64,000 nucleotides of DNA from Octopus sinensis (GCF_006345805.1 NC_043005.1:85002001-85066000), one strand, 5' to 3'; counted from the first letter of the stretch, positions 23,461-38,481 are shown. Numbers and translations: made by a program. The notes: generated by a model not told the origin, from the letters alone.

Positions 23461-24774
23461 AGAGAGTTTGTATGTGCATGTGGAAGAGGGCTGATACACA
23501 CACACACACACCACACACACACATATATATATATATAGACACTCACATATGCATGCACATTCACACACACATACACACAAAGATTTCTTAAGGTGCACTG
23601 ATTTGACCAATCAGAATCAGTGCTAATGGAACCACTAATTGTTCTCTGACTTTGGATGTATGTCAGTGATATTCATTTTGCAGAATATTTTATAATTAAC
23701 GATCAATTTTTGTTTATGAAATCGACCTGATTGCTTGACTAGACATCGTTAATTTCAAACAGCGATGTTATAGTTGGGCTCTGGCATAACTCTATTCACA
23801 TTTTGCAAAACGACCAAATACATCATCATCATCATCATGTCAGAAGAGACCAAACTCTGTAAACTCTGTTAAAATAGATTCTCTTCTAAAGTTTATCTTT
23901 CACGGACAATCCTATCAATTCATAAAGCTCAGTTCCATCACTCTATATCTGATAGTTACATCAAACAATTCCAGGTCAGCTGATAAACGAAAAATTCTAT
24001 CATAAAATAACAAAGATTTCCTTGTATGTAGAACAATGATTAATCTTTGATTCATTATAGAGAACAAAACCTTGTGCAGAATTAGAGAAGCTTTTTTGAA
24101 GAAGTGTATTAGTTATACAATCGTTTTATATATCAGACTGTATAAATATATAAAAGTGCCTATTATCTCAGGTATTAAGCCACTTGGTACTTGATAAGCT
24201 ATTATCACAGAACGGAAGAAAAGTGACGTTTTTAATGTAAAATTGATGGAATCTCAAATATTTTTACTAACACTACCAATCGGCTCTGTTTACCGTATTT
24301 ATTTCTCGCCACTTAGGGTTGGCAACTAAAATATCTTTACAACCCATAAAAACTAATTTATTCTACACAACACTGAAGTCTCCTATCGTATTGTCTATTC
24401 TAGGCTGGAAGAAGATATCTCTTATGATACTTTACAAACATATTTAGAGGGGTGAACAAAATGACTTGTGGTTGATAAGTCCAACTGTTTTTACTCCAGC
24501 TTTAAATCCTTTTGAGACCATCTCTACTTCCCACCTTTGGCAGATTGGAAGAATTGTTTTGGAAGAGATGCTTTCTCTGCTTATTCTGGCTCTTTGAATT
24601 GTGGGTTCAAATTCCTGTATAGCTTTCTGACTGGGTCCTAAATTAATCCTTTGCTTTGATTGAAATGACCACTTGATCCTCGGATGGCTTCAGCAGTTTC
24701 TGATTAAAAGATTAATTTCTTCCTCTCAACTGTCTTAGAAACTCTCAAAAAACAGTCAGTGATGCTGCTCTTCA

Positions 24775-25262
24775 GTTAAGAGTGTTGACAGCCACATTTG
24801 TAGGTGCAAGAACATCCCTGTTGCGAAATTAATCTGGTTTTATGTATTCTGTTGTAAGATTTGGGTAAACAGCAGAACATAAGTCATCAGAGCTGGAGAC
24901 AGTGTGGCCAATGGTGGTAGTGTCAATGTCTCTGTTGTTATCGGACATAATTTATCCATTGTCGATTTTAAGGAGCTTTTCTGAAAACTGGGTTGTAAGC
25001 TGACCAGTCTGTAGGAGTGATCTGAGTTGTTTCGATTGGAAATTCGACCAAAGGAGGGGGTTTTTAAGGCAGGCATTAAGTTCATTGGTGGGTGTTCCTT
25101 TGGGTATAATAGGCAGAGTTTGTGGAAAATCTCCTGCAAGAAGTAGAGTCACACCTCCAAGGATGTTGTTTGATCTAAGGTCTCTCATTGTGGTATGAAG
25201 TGCTTGTAGGGAACATTTATAGGACATAGTTGCTTCATTCCAAACAATGAGTTTGCTCTTTT
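24775..25262 (-). mobile_element. Helitron RepHel Pif1-family helicase fragment
   Basis: IVWNEATMS...QALHTTMRDLR...GGVTLLLAGDFPQTLPIIPKGT...NACLK..LLW...FSEKLLKIDNG, and further on DVLAPTNVAVNTLN (helicase motifs II, III and IV). Confidence 0.9.
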
Positions 25263-25594
25263 ACAAAACAAAACAAAATAGTTGCTTTTTTCATAGTTTA
25301 TCCAATGAGAAGTAAACACTAAAGAAGTAGCACCTGAGTTTATTTCGAAGAATTGTGTCAATGAATTTGAGAAGAGGTTTAAATGCTGCAACAGATGCCA
25401 TGACTGTGTGTGAATTTCATACTTAAAACTGGTACAGCTTTTAAGTCGTTCTGTAAGGATGAATTCAAGTCATGGTAGGGCATTGTGCCCTTGGGTGAGA
25501 CACTTTGTTTCATGTTGCTCCAGTCTACTCAGATGGCAAAAATGAAGATTATGTGAACATTGTCCGAAAATAATTGTGTGAAAATAATTATTCT

Positions 25595-26070
25595 CCTTAC
25601 TCTTTACTCTTTTACTTGTTTCAGTCATTTGCGCCAATGCTGGAGCACCACCTTTAGATGAACAAATCAACCCCAGGACTTATTCCTTGTAAGCCTAGTA
25701 CTCATTCTATCGGTCTCTTTTGCTGAACCGCTAAGATACAAGGATGTAAACATACCAGCATTGTTGTCAAGCAATAGTGGGGGGACAAACACAGACACAC
25801 AAACATACACACACACACTTATATATATATATATAATATACACTCTCGGAGTGGTTGGCGTTAGGAAGGGCATCCAGCTGTAGAAACACTGCCAGATCTG
25901 ACTGGCCTGGTGCAGCATTCGGGCTTGCCAGACCCCAGTTGAACCGTCCAACCCATGCTAGCATGGAAAGCGGACGTTAAATGATGATGATGATGATGAT
26001 GATATATATATATATACATATATACAACAGGCTTCTTTCAATTTCCGTCTTCCAAATCCACTCATGAGGC
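25595..26070 (-). mobile_element. SINE family A with an RTE tail (25842-26000, + strand) nested in its (TA)n
   Basis: SINE body lies on both sides of the inserted tail. Confidence 0.8.
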
Positions 26071-26895
26071 AACATTTAATCGAATGGAAAATTGTATGAA
26101 TGAAAATTATTCAAAAGGACAATTATACAAAATGTTAATTATGCTAATTTTTTAATTTTATCTAAACGAAAATGCTAAAATTAAAAATCAAGTACCTAAA
26201 TGATATTTATTTCAAATAACTGTTATTCGAACAATTGTTTTTGAATAATTATTTGCAAACAATTTTCATGATACAAAAATGAGTAATTGAAAAAGCCAAC
26301 TTTGTCACATTCTGTGCCACACTGAATCTCCATGAAAACTATGTTAAGGGTATGTGTGACTGTGGAGTACTCAGCCACTTGCACATTAAATTCAGAAGCA
26401 AGCTGTTCTATTGAACAAATTAACTGGGACACTCTTGTTGTAACCGGTGGAGTATCATGAAAAGTGTCTTGTTCTCTTTTATTGGTTTTAGAAGAAATGC
26501 CAAAGCTGACCTCAGCAGGATTCGATCTCAGCCAGAAAATATATCTTCTTCTACCTTTTATTTGCTTCAGTCATTGGCCTGTGGTCATGCTGGAGCACTG
26601 TCTTGAAGGGTTTTGGTTGAATGAATCTACACCCAGTACTTATTTCTGAAAGCCTGATACCTGTTCTATTGGTCTGTTATACTACACTGTTAAATGGAAG
26701 GGACATAAACAAACCAACATGGTTGTCAAGTGAAATGTGTGGGGTACAGACACACACACACTCACACACACAATAGATATATGCTTTGGTTTGCATGGAA
26801 CTATAATAGAAGACATCCAAGGTACCACATAATAGGACTGAAATCGGAATCTTGTGGTTGGGAAGCAAAGTTCTTACCACACAGCCACACCTGCA

Positions 26896-26933
<38 letters not shown>

Positions 26934-27459
26934 CTAGCACCAGTAACATCGCAATGCATTTCTACAGCTGAGTGAACTGGAGCAACGTGAAATAAAGTGT
27001 CTTGCTCAAGAACACAACACACAGCCCAGTCCAGGTATCAAACTCACAGCCTCACAATCAAACAATTTTGTTGGCTTTCCCTGACAAGAGTCAGTCATCA
27101 TCAACAGGTCAGGTAGCAAAGAGAAAATACTTTCACCTGTTGGTAATTATGTTTGTATGCTTAAAACTTAAATCATTTATTAACAGTTGAAATCAAATGT
27201 AATAAGTCAAATGCCAACAATTACCATAGTTATAGCTTTAAATATTCAACGTATTTGGAATATGTGTGCCTCATGTACTTTCCAGCAGATCTGAAGCTTT
27301 GCTGAGGCCAATGTACTTTAGCGTCAATGGAGGAAATGAGAATTATGTTCAGCATGCAGAGAACTTGCAATTAATTTGTGATAATGCACTTATACATACA
27401 TACACATACATACATGCATGCATACATATATATAATATAATATATATATATATATAATA

Positions 27460-27499
<40 letters not shown>

Positions 27500-27500
27500 G

Positions 27501-27534
<34 letters not shown>

Positions 27535-27559
27535 TACATATATATTATATGTATATATA

Positions 27560-27918
27560 AAGCAATAAGGTTCAGCAACGAATTGCCTTACCACATACCG
27601 AATTTAGAAATAGCAGTCAAAGGGTTATAGCTATTTCTTCTACTAAAAAGGGAGATCTCAGTAAAACAACAGCAATTGAAGGCTGACACAAACAGGTAAG
27701 AGAGAATGAATTAACCGCAATCTATCAAACATTTTTAACTTTTAAAAATGTTTGATAGATTGCGGTTAATTCATTCTCTCTTACCTGTTTGTGTCAGCCT
27801 CCATTGCTGTTTTTACTGAGATCTCCCTTTTTAGTAGAAGAAATAGCTATAACCCTTTGACTGCTATTTCTAAATTCGGTATGTGGTAAGGCAATTCGTT
27901 GCTGAACCCTTATTGCTT
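27560..27918. repeat. Near-perfect palindrome, ~178 bp arms, 3-nt loop
   Basis: 27560-27738 is the reverse complement of 27742-27918 apart from a few small indels. Confidence 0.97.
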
Positions 27919-28013
27919 AGTATTACTTAAATTTTCCTCAAATGAGGCTTTTACATGCCGAAGACTATTGGTGTAATTGATAATTATTCCAAATTAATTA
28001 ATTTCACACTTCA

Positions 28014-28102
<89 letters not shown>

Positions 28103-28499
28103 TATATATACATATATATATCAATGTATGTATATATCTATAACTATCTATCTATCTATCTATATTATATATATATTATACATACATATAAATTTATGTA
28201 TGTGTATCTATGTATATATATATTTATATGTGTGTGTATATATCCATATATATGTATGTATGTATGTATATATATGTATATATGTATCTATGTATATATA
28301 TATATATATATATTTACAGATATTTATTAATATGTCACATGCTTTTATAAATCATATATTAGCACTTGCGTCCACTCTAGTGGAGTCTTCAGATTGAATT
28401 TTCTCAGGAGATTTGTCTCTTTTTATAGTATTCTTGAGTGTGTAGGGGTGGAGAGAGATATAAGATAGTAAAAGAGGGTGAGGAATGGAGAGAAATTGA

Positions 28500-29107
28500 G
28501 AGAGAGAGAGAGAGAGTGTGTAGTGTGTGTGTGTGTGTGTGCCTTTGTATTTAAAAGAAGTGAGAATGGAAAAGAGAAGGAAAGGAAGAAGGAAAAGAGA
28601 AAAAAGTAAAAGATGTGTTTAATTTTATACAGTTGGTCAGTTCTTTCTATAGAAAGTGATTCTTGGCTTTTAGAAATGGCAAAACTAGATGGCTACTCCA
28701 AGCAGGGTAAATGTTATTTTTCAAAAAATTGTCTGGATTTCTTTTTATCATTGTCTTGTGAGAGAGAGAGAGAGAGAGAGTGTGTGTGTGTGTGTGTATG
28801 TGTGTGTGTGTCTGTGTGTGTGTATGTGTGTGTGTGTCTGTGTGTGTGTATGTGTGTGTGTGTGGGGGGGTGTTTGCGTATCTGAAAGGAGTGTCAATGG
28901 AAAAGAGAAGGAAAAAAAGAATGAAGAGAGAAAGAAGACAAAAATGGGTTTACATATTTGCAGCCGGTCAGTTCTTTCGATTGAAAGTGATTCTTGTCCT
29001 TTAAAAATGGTAAAATCAGGTGGCTACTCCAAGAGGTCTCTTGTTTTTCAAAAAAATTGTCTGGATATCTTTTCATCATTGTCCAGTGAGAGAGAGTGTG
29101 TATGTGT

Positions 29108-29144
<37 letters not shown>

Positions 29145-29160
29145 CTGAAAAGAGTGTCAA
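28500..29160. repeat. Tandem duplication of a ~300 bp unit containing (GA)n(GT)n
   Basis: ...AATGGAAAAGAGAAGG...GAAAGTGATTCTTG...GGCTACTCCAAG...CAAAAAATTGTCTGGAT occurs twice, with the start of a third unit. Confidence 0.85.
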
Positions 29161-29221
29161 TCCTTTCAGATACACAGGAACCCCCCCCCCCACGCACACA
29201 CACACACACAAAATAAAAACG

Positions 29222-30220
29222 ATCTTTCCAGTGTCGTACATCACTGCAAAGCGAAAATAGTTGCTGATGACAATAAGCTCCTGCAAATCATCAATGAAGA
29301 AGAAGACCGAACTCAACTCCAGTCTGACCTATATGCTATGAGTCAATGGGCAGACAAAAACAAAATGCAACTAAACGAAGGAATATTTGAGCTGATGCAT
29401 TTTGGAAGACAATACTAAAACAGCCATACTCTCTTCCTTCAGGGGAATCGCTCATAGCATCTAGTAATATCAGAGACCTAGGTGTAATTGTTGACAACAA
29501 ACTCAGTTGCGGTGCCCACATCAACAATAAGGTCGATATAGCTCGTAGGATGAGCTCCTGAATCCTAAGAACCTTCCGGTCTAGAGAACAAGGTGTCATC
29601 ATTCCAATTTTCTCCTCCTTTGTACGGCCACACCTCGAATACTGCTGACCCTTGTGGTCTCCCCATACAAAATAAAATATCGTGAAAACTGAATCACCCC
29701 AGAGGGCATAACTGATCTCGATTATTAGGACCGCCTTAAAGCCTTGAAACTCTACTCTCTTCAGTGCCGCCACGAGCAGCACATCATTTGTACAATGTGG
29801 AGAACATACCGCCAGCATTGTGCAAATAACCTGAGCATTAGCTTAAAGGTTCATCCAAGGCTGGGACCATGGGCCATACATACCCCACCCAATTCACGAT
29901 CACATCATATAGGTACACTGCGACATAATTTATTTTCCTCAACATGCCCTGCCCTGTTTAACATTGTCCCAAAACTGATCAAAGAAGAAAAGGATCCCAT
30001 CACCTTTAAATGGAGTCTGGACAGATTTCTTCAAGGAATACCAGATAAGTCACCCATACCTGGATACAACTCACTCAACAAGAACTCACTACTTGAATGG
30101 ACCATAATACCACAAAACTTACAAAAGATTTAGATAATCCTATCAGGTGGTGCTATTAAGTTAAACATGGCCTGGACCAATCTTTGGTCAAAACATATCT
30201 AAATTTTATCTAAGTTTTAT
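29222..30220 (+). mobile_element. CR1/L2-group LINE, 5'-truncated RT and 3' end
   Basis: ADDNKL...LQSDL..MSQWADKNKMQLN...RDLGVIVDNKLS...FVRPHLEYC.PLWSP...LKLYSLQCR, with stops and frameshifts. Confidence 0.85.
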
Positions 30221-30330
30221 ATATATAAGACTTTTTCATTTTCCCAAGCATCAAACTAATACACTTGCTTGTTGTTCAGACACCTGTCTTTGTCTTTTGT
30301 TTTTCTATAAATTTCAAATATACATATTTG

Positions 30331-30381
<51 letters not shown>

Positions 30382-30744
30382 ATTATATACAATCACTATC
30401 TCCAATAACTATTTTCATATACACACATATTCTATATCTATTATTGTATTTAATATTGGTTTCAAACTTTGGCTCACGGCCTGCAATATTCAGTGACTGG
30501 AGGAGGGATAAGCCGATTACATCGACCCCAGTGCCAAACAGTAATTATTTTATTGACCTTGCAAGAATGAAAGGCAAAGTTGACCCAGGGTGGCATTTGA
30601 ACTCAGAATGTAAAGTTGGGAGAATTGCTGCTGAGCATTTCCTGTGACTTTATGCTTCTTAAAGATTGCATGTAAAACACATGTGTATACTTGTGTATGT
30701 AAATGTGTGTATGACTGCAACTTTAAAGCTGAAAAAGTTAAAGA

Positions 30745-30868
30745 GTTATATATATATATATATAAACAAATACACAAATATATATATATATATATATTTA
30801 TGTATATGTATATATATATGTGTGTATGTACAGAACATATATGTATATATATGTATGTATATATATAT

Positions 30869-30899
<31 letters not shown>

Positions 30900-30930
30900 G
30901 TATGTATATATATATATAATATATATGTTA

Positions 30931-30969
<39 letters not shown>

Positions 30970-31198
30970 ATATATGTATATCTATATATCTATGTATATA
31001 TATATAGAAATAAATATGTATATATATCTTTATATATATATATATATGCCTATATATGTATATATGTATATGTTTATGCACAGAACATATATATATATAT
31101 TTATTTACATATACATATTTACATATTTATATGCACATATATATATGTGTGTGTATATATACATACACACATACATATATACATATATATATAGGTAT

Positions 31199-31238
<40 letters not shown>

Positions 31239-31260
31239 ATATATATATGTATATACATAT

Positions 31261-31302
<42 letters not shown>

Positions 31303-31365
31303 TATATATCTATATATATATATATGTATTATATATATATACATATATATATATATACACACACA
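30745..31365. repeat. Long degenerate (TA)n microsatellite
   Basis: Seen directly. Similar tracts lie at ~28015-28320, 55420-55730 and 57900-58260. Confidence 0.95.
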
Positions 31366-31969
31366 CGTTCATGTTACACAGATCTGTTGTGTGTGTTGTA
31401 TATAGAAGTACATGCATTGACTTGTTATTAAATGTTGATGGTGTTTGTTATATATTTTTGTATGTTTTCTTTTACTGCTTCTTTTTTTTGTTTTTCGTTT
31501 TTTCATATAGTTTTCGCTGACAATATATTCCTGATATTACATGTGAAATATTAGCTGGAAAATATCAAACTGCGTGATAACTTGTAAATCTTCTCGGAAA
31601 CATAAGCATCATAATTGAAGCTGGCTTATAACCAATATACAATTGGTTCTAGTTGCAGCTTGTTTTGTTAGTGGTGGAGGGCACGGTGGAGGCACAGCTT
31701 TTCATATTTTATGTTTTGTAGTCATTGCCGTAGGTTTTCTTTAGCATGAGGATGTTACTGAAATGATGGTGAGAGGGTCATCATCGTTATCCTTATTATC
31801 ATATTATTGTCATCATCATCATCAACAGCAATATCCTTATGGTCATCATTACCATGGTAATGTCTTATTCCCTTGTCCTTATAACTGCTTTCACCTCAAC
31901 TGACATTTTGTATATTGAGGAGTTCAAACCCCAGGTTATTTTAGTATCGCTATATCAAGTGAAATGAAA

Positions 31970-32119
31970 ATATGTGGTAAGTAGCTTCCTTACCAACCAC
32001 ATGGTTCTGGGTTCAGTCCCACTGCATGGCACCTTGGGCAAGTGTCTTCTCCTATAGCCTCAGGCTGACCAAAGGCTTGTGAGTGGATTTGGTAGACGGG
32101 AACTGAAAGAATCCTGTCG

Positions 32120-32162
<43 letters not shown>

Positions 32163-32426
32163 GTGTGTGTATGTGTGTGTGTGTGTTTGTGTGTGTGTGA
32201 GTGTATGTGTGTGAGTGTGTGTGTGTGTGCTTGTCCTCCCAACATCGCTTGACAACAAATGCTGGTGTGTTTACATCCCCGTAACTTGGTGGTTTGGCAA
32301 GAGATACTGATAGAAAAAGTATTAGGCTTACAAAGAATAAGTCCTGGGGTTGATTTGCTTGACTAAATGCGGTGCTCCAGCATAGCCACAGTCAAATGAC
32401 TGAAACAAGTAAAAGAGTAAAGAGTA
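31970..32426 (+). mobile_element. tRNA-derived SINE family A
   Basis: Head TGTGGTAAGTAGCTT...GGGTTCAGTCCCAC and tail GAAACAAGTAAAAGAGTAAAGAG. Confidence 0.9.
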
Positions 32427-32435
32427 ATATGTATG

Positions 32436-32474
<39 letters not shown>

Positions 32475-32494
32475 TATATGTATGTTTGTATATA

Positions 32495-32536
<42 letters not shown>

Positions 32537-33105
32537 CATACATCTACATTAAGATAGATATAAAGATTCCCATTTGGTACTAATACTGCTTCCATCACTA
32601 GCAAGCAGTTTTTTTACAGCCTGCCAGCTATTTGTGACATCAGTACCTGATTAATCACTGATTTTTTGTACATCGAGGCTTGGTCAGCAACAGTGGTACG
32701 GAATACTTGCTGCTGATGAAGCATAAAACATACAGAAATCATGTGATTGAGAAGGTCCACCTCTGGTGATGAACAATTTCCCTCTGTATTTTTAAGCAGA
32801 AAACATCTATATGAGAATTTCTCTCAAGCTGAATACCACAGAATTACACCATTCCTACAAAAGAACCACATCAAAGACTGCTACTTGGTGCTAATAGTTA
32901 AAATATCATCAATATCTGTCTCTCTCTCTCTCTTTCTCTCCCTCTCTCTTTTTCTCTCTCTCTGCACACACACGCACATGTATGTATGTGTATGTTTGTG
33001 TGTGTATACATTTCTATATATCTACATGCACACGTACAGAGGTAAACCTACACAAATGCACATGTACATATATATGATTATATATGTAGTATATGTAAGT
33101 ATGTA

Positions 33106-33138
<33 letters not shown>

Positions 33139-33259
33139 ATGTATGTGTGTATGTATGTGTGTATGTATGTGTATGTATGTGTGTATGTATGTGTGTATGT
33201 ATGTGTGTATGTATGTGTGTATGTATGTGTGTATGTATGTATGCGTGTATGTATGTATA

Positions 33260-33595
33260 TAGAGAGTTATAGCCAAAAAATAGCAAACAAATGCATTAAA
33301 AATGGAAAAAAATGATGATAAATTTTTTTTTAAATCGTTGACTCATCGTAGACATCTTTAGAGAGTTACTTCCCTTATATAATAGCGAAAAATGCATTAA
33401 AATGAAAAAAATGATGGTAAATTTTTTTTTAAATCGTAGACTCATCATAGATGCACGCTAATACCCAGAAGGGCTCGATATGAATCATGACTATAAGATA
33501 CCCGGTTTTGGTTAAACTGCACCACAAAATGTGGGAGTAGTTAGGAATCTAAATCGTAGGAGACAGATACACAACTTCACTTTTATATATAAAGA
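33260..33595 (-). mobile_element. Non-autonomous Helitron 5' end with ~100 bp internal tandem repeat
   Basis: The minus strand begins A|TCTTTATATATAAAAG, a typical Helitron 5' terminus. AAATGCATTAAAA...AAATCGT.GACTCATC occurs twice. Confidence 0.55.
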
Positions 33596-33614
33596 TGTAT
33601 TTAATTGCAGCATC

Positions 33615-35300
33615 ATATCATCATCATCATCAACATTTAACGTCTGTTGTCCATGCTGGCGTGGGTTGGACGGTTTGACCAGGGCTGGTAAACTGTGAGG
33701 CTGCACAAGACTCCAGTCTGATTTGGTTTTCTATGGCTGGTTGTCCTTTCTAACACCGACAACTCTGAGAGTGGAATGGGTGCTTTTATGTGCCACTGCC
33801 ATAGGTGCCATTTGTGTGACACCAGTATCTGCCATATCTGTGATTTTGCTTGGCTTGATGGGTCTTCTTCTCAAGCATGCCATAATGTCAAAGGTCTCAG
33901 TCATTGCCCCTATGAGGCCCAACGCTCAAAAAGAACTCAGCTATTTTGCCTTCGTGAGGCCCAACACTTGAAAGGTGTTCTTTATGTGCCACCAGTACAG
34001 GTGCCAGTTATGTGACACCTGCATCAGACAAGACTACGATTTCACTTGGCTTGACGGGTCTTCTGAAGAACAGCATTTTGACAAAAGTCTTGGTTACCAA
34101 TCATTGCCTTTGTGAGTCTTAAAGTTTGAATATCATACTTTACCACCTTGTCCCATATCTTCCTGGATCTACTTCTTCCACAGGTTCCTTCCACAGTTAA
34201 AGATTGGCACTTTTTCACAGCTGTCCTCATCCATATGTATCACATGACCATACCAATGCAGTCTTATCTCTTGCACACCGCATCTGATGCTTCTTATGCC
34301 CAACTTTTCTCTCAAGATGCTTACAGTCTGTTCAGCATGCACACTGACATTGCACATCCAGCAAAGCATACTGGATTCATTTCTTTCAAGCTTTACGCAT
34401 GTCCTTGGCTGTCACAGCCCATGCTTGACTGCCATGTAACATAGCTGTTCACACACAAGCATCATGCAATCTGCCTTTCACTCTGAGAGAGATGTCCATT
34501 GTTGCTAGCAGAGGTAGGAGCTGTCTGAACTTTACCCAGCCTAATCTTATACTCACCCCTACTTCTAACCTGAATTCTTTGCTGTACTCATTTCCACCCC
34601 TCATCTTACTGAGAGCATCCCTGTGCATGGCTTGTACAGCTCTCACCAACCACTTGACCACCAGATAAGGGATCAGAGGACCCTGTCAAAGGCTTTCTCC
34701 AAGTCAACAAAAGCAAAGTACAGAGTTTTATCTTTGGCTACGTATTTCTACTGCAGTTGCCTTACCAGAAATATAGCATCAGTGGTGCTTCTCCCTGGCA
34801 CAAAACCAAACTACATCTCATCTAGATTCTCTCCCTAATTAGTTGGGCTATGACCTTCTCTGTAACTTTCATTACCTGATCCAGCAATTTTATACCTCTG
34901 TAATTATTTCTCTCTAAGGCACCACCTTTACCTTTGTAGCAGTTCACTATGGTGCTGCTACACCAGTCATTGTGTATGACTCCTTCATGAACCACCTGAT
35001 TTACAATACAGGTGATTAGACCATAACCAACACTGCTAGATATTTTAAGCATCTCAGTAATGATTCCTGATGGGCCAGAGGCTTTCCCCGTCTTCATATA
35101 TTTAATTGCTTTATCTACCAAGGACTGTCGATTCAGGTAGCTGGTCCCTCAATTGGGTCAACATTTGTCAGACTCTCCTTCTCTCATTTATTCTCCATGT
35201 TCAGCAGTCTTTCATAATTGCATTTCCAAGCCTCTTCCTTTGCACAATCATTATATGCAAGTGCACCATCATCCATGTGGACACTTTTCCCTTGAATGCC
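33615..35300 (-). mobile_element. RTE-clade LINE (degenerate RT with internal deletions, 3' UTR and tail)
   Basis: MKTGKASGPSGI..EMLK...DWCSSTIVNCYKGKG.ALERNNYRGIKLL; RLHWYGHV; CGRSRSRKIW; (GAT)n tail. Confidence 0.92.
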
Positions 35301-35495
35301 TCATTATTAAGCTACGTTCTTTAGGCATTGTGTGGTGATCCCTATAAGTTTTAAGCTTATAAAATACTATTATCATTATTACAGAATTGTAAAAATCGAC
35401 ACTGCTTAACAAAACCATTTGCAGTAAAAGCACGTGAAATACAAAAACAAGTAAGAACTAATTATAGTTCTTAAATCTGACAGAAAAAAGCACAT

Positions 35496-35569
35496 AAGTT
35501 CGCTGGTGTAATAGGTAGCACACCTGGTCGCGTAATCAAGTAGGTGTGGGTTTGAGTCCCATGCATACA
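35496..35569 (+). pseudogene. tRNA-like sequence
   Basis: A-box TGGTGTAATAGG, D-stem GTGT/GCAC, T-arm GTGGG-TTTGAGT-CCCAT. The acceptor and anticodon stems pair poorly. Confidence 0.5.
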
Positions 35570-35730
35570 GGAAAATCTACTTCTTTCTATTGAGGGCTTG
35601 TATGTCCCATTATTAGGCAGTCCATCCATCCATCCATCCATCCAGCTATCTATCTATCTTTCAAAGCCATTCAATGTTTTAAAACACCACCCCCATTATA
35701 TTTCTATAATTGAATACTTTTAGGAATTGT

Positions 35731-35985
35731 ACAGAGTGCATAAGGTATTTGGGGACATACCTTTTTTGGGGGTCACTGCTGCATTTTTTACTAACTCTGT
35801 ATAATCTTTGTTTCAGAAAATGATAATGGCAGACCCTCTGCTTACTCAAGAAATGAAGAGGCATTCTGTTATTGTGGTTATAAAGGCTGAGCATAGCGAT
35901 TTAGAAATATCTTGATTTTTAAAAGTTGCCAAATCTTTCATCTACAAAGTTTATAAGGAGCTAGAGATTGAAGATGGAAACGTTT
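35731..35985 (+). mobile_element. Tc1/mariner 5' fragment
   Basis: TA|CAGAGTG... terminus followed by an HTH-like N-terminus MKRHSVIVVIKAEHSDLEIS*FLKVAKSFIYKV. Confidence 0.5.
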
Positions 35986-36164
35986 CCTATGCTGGAATGG
36001 ATTGGACGGTTTGGTAGAAAAAGCTGGAAGGGTCAGGAACTGTATTGGGTTCAGGGTTTGCTTTTTGCATGGTTTCTCCAGCTGGATGCCCTTCCATATG
36101 CCGACCATTTTGCAGAGTGCACTGGGTGCTTTTTACATGGCACCATCACCAGTGTTTTTTATGT

Positions 36165-36750
36165 ATTCTTGTATTTGTTTCAATCATTTGACTGTGGCCA
36201 TGCTGGAGCACTGCCTTTTTTAGTTGAACAAATCGACCCCAGGACTTTGTAAGCCTAGCACTTATTATATGGATCTCTTTTGCCAAACTGCTAAGCTATG
36301 GGGATGTAAACACACCAACATCGGTTGTTAAGCGATGGTAGGAGGACAAACACATACAAATACACACACACACACATATGGGCTTCTCTCAGTTTCCATC
36401 TACCAAATCCACTGACAAGGCTTTGGTAAGCCCGAGGTTATAGTAGAAGACACTTGCCCAAGGTGCCATGCAGTGGGACTGAACCCGGAACCATGTGGTT
36501 GGTATGCAAGCTGCTTACCACACAGCCACTCCTGCACCTAGTAAAAGACACTTGGTGAAGGTGCCATGCAGTGGGACCGAACCCAAAACCATGTGGTTGG
36601 TAAGCAAGCTGCTTACCACACAGCCACTCCTGCGCCTAGTAAAAGGCACTTGGTCAAAGTGCCATGCAGTGGGATTGAACCCAGAACCATGTCAGCTGGT
36701 AAGCAAGCTACTTACCACACAGCTACTCCTGCGCTTATCCACACAGCCAC
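36165..36750 (-). mobile_element. SINE family A with triplicated ~95 bp tRNA head
   Basis: ...GGTGCCATGCAGTGGGA...CTTACCACACAGCCACTCCTGC occurs three times in tandem. Confidence 0.85.
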
Positions 36751-37057
36751 TAATGTACTTATATATATCACAAACCAGTAGTTTGTAAATAATATAGATG
36801 TTATAAATTCTGAGTTTATAATGTAATATATAAATAGAAAAAGCCAAAAAGTATATATGTATAAGACATATATACAATATATATATACATGTATTTTATA
36901 TATGGAGTTATATACTGTAGAAATATCATGTTTATAATTCAAAGATATAAAGCACTTCAATAAAAGCATAAATATCATTAGATCATTGGAAAGAAGAAGA
37001 AAAAAATCCTTGAAACACTTAAATTTTCATAATGTAAATGAGACGTAAATAATAGAG

Positions 37058-37665
<608 letters not shown>

Positions 37666-38481
37666 GAAACTTAATGAAAGTAGTAACAATTTTAATAATA
37701 AAAATGATAGTACTTTAATTTGCTGTAGCTTTTATATACATACATACATGCACACACACACACATGCACACATGTATACACATATGTATTTTTATACATG
37801 TTTACGTATTCATTCATACATAGACACACCTGTAAATATTCTGTGTGTGTGTGATAAATAGCTACACATATAGTGACACAAACATAGATATGTAGATGTG
37901 TATGTATGCTTCTCTCTCTCTCTTGCACACTTTCTCTCTCTAACTGCCTTCTCTCTCTCTCTCTTTCTCTCTCTCTATACATTTGTGTATATATATATAT
38001 ATATATTCTTGCAGGTTTTTTTTTACATTTTATTTGTCAGATTATATGCTTTCCACTTCCAGCTGCAAATCTGCAGACACAATCATTTCTGTACCACCCC
38101 GCATTCCATATAGTCACCCACCCCACCCCCATATACACACTACAAACAAATCACCCACCCACACACACACACTCAAACATTCATATGAATACACACAAAT
38201 AATAAACGTACCCGACACATCTGCATCATACGGATATACAGACATACCCACATACAAAAGCATTGCTTACACTCACAACTTATATGATCCATATACACAT
38301 ATGCTTACATATAGAATTCACATGCACGTATATACCATCAAAGATTATGTATACATATATATATATATATACATACATACATATATATATAAAATTAAAT
38401 AAGGGTAGAAATTGATATTAATCAATCAAAACCAGCGGCCTAGCATGTTTTAAAAAATCCGAAGATTAAAAATGTTTTTAC

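Noticed and set aside
24775-25262. Host PIF1 helicase gene
   Set aside because: It is an intronless, frameshifted fragment with Helitron-type motifs.
30644-31520. Long ORFs (YI/HT/CV-rich), here and throughout the window
   Set aside because: They are translations of (TA)n, (CA)n and (GT)n microsatellites.
32713-32755. CTGATGA...GAAA-TCATGTGAT hammerhead-like string
   Set aside because: No stem I or stem II pairing.
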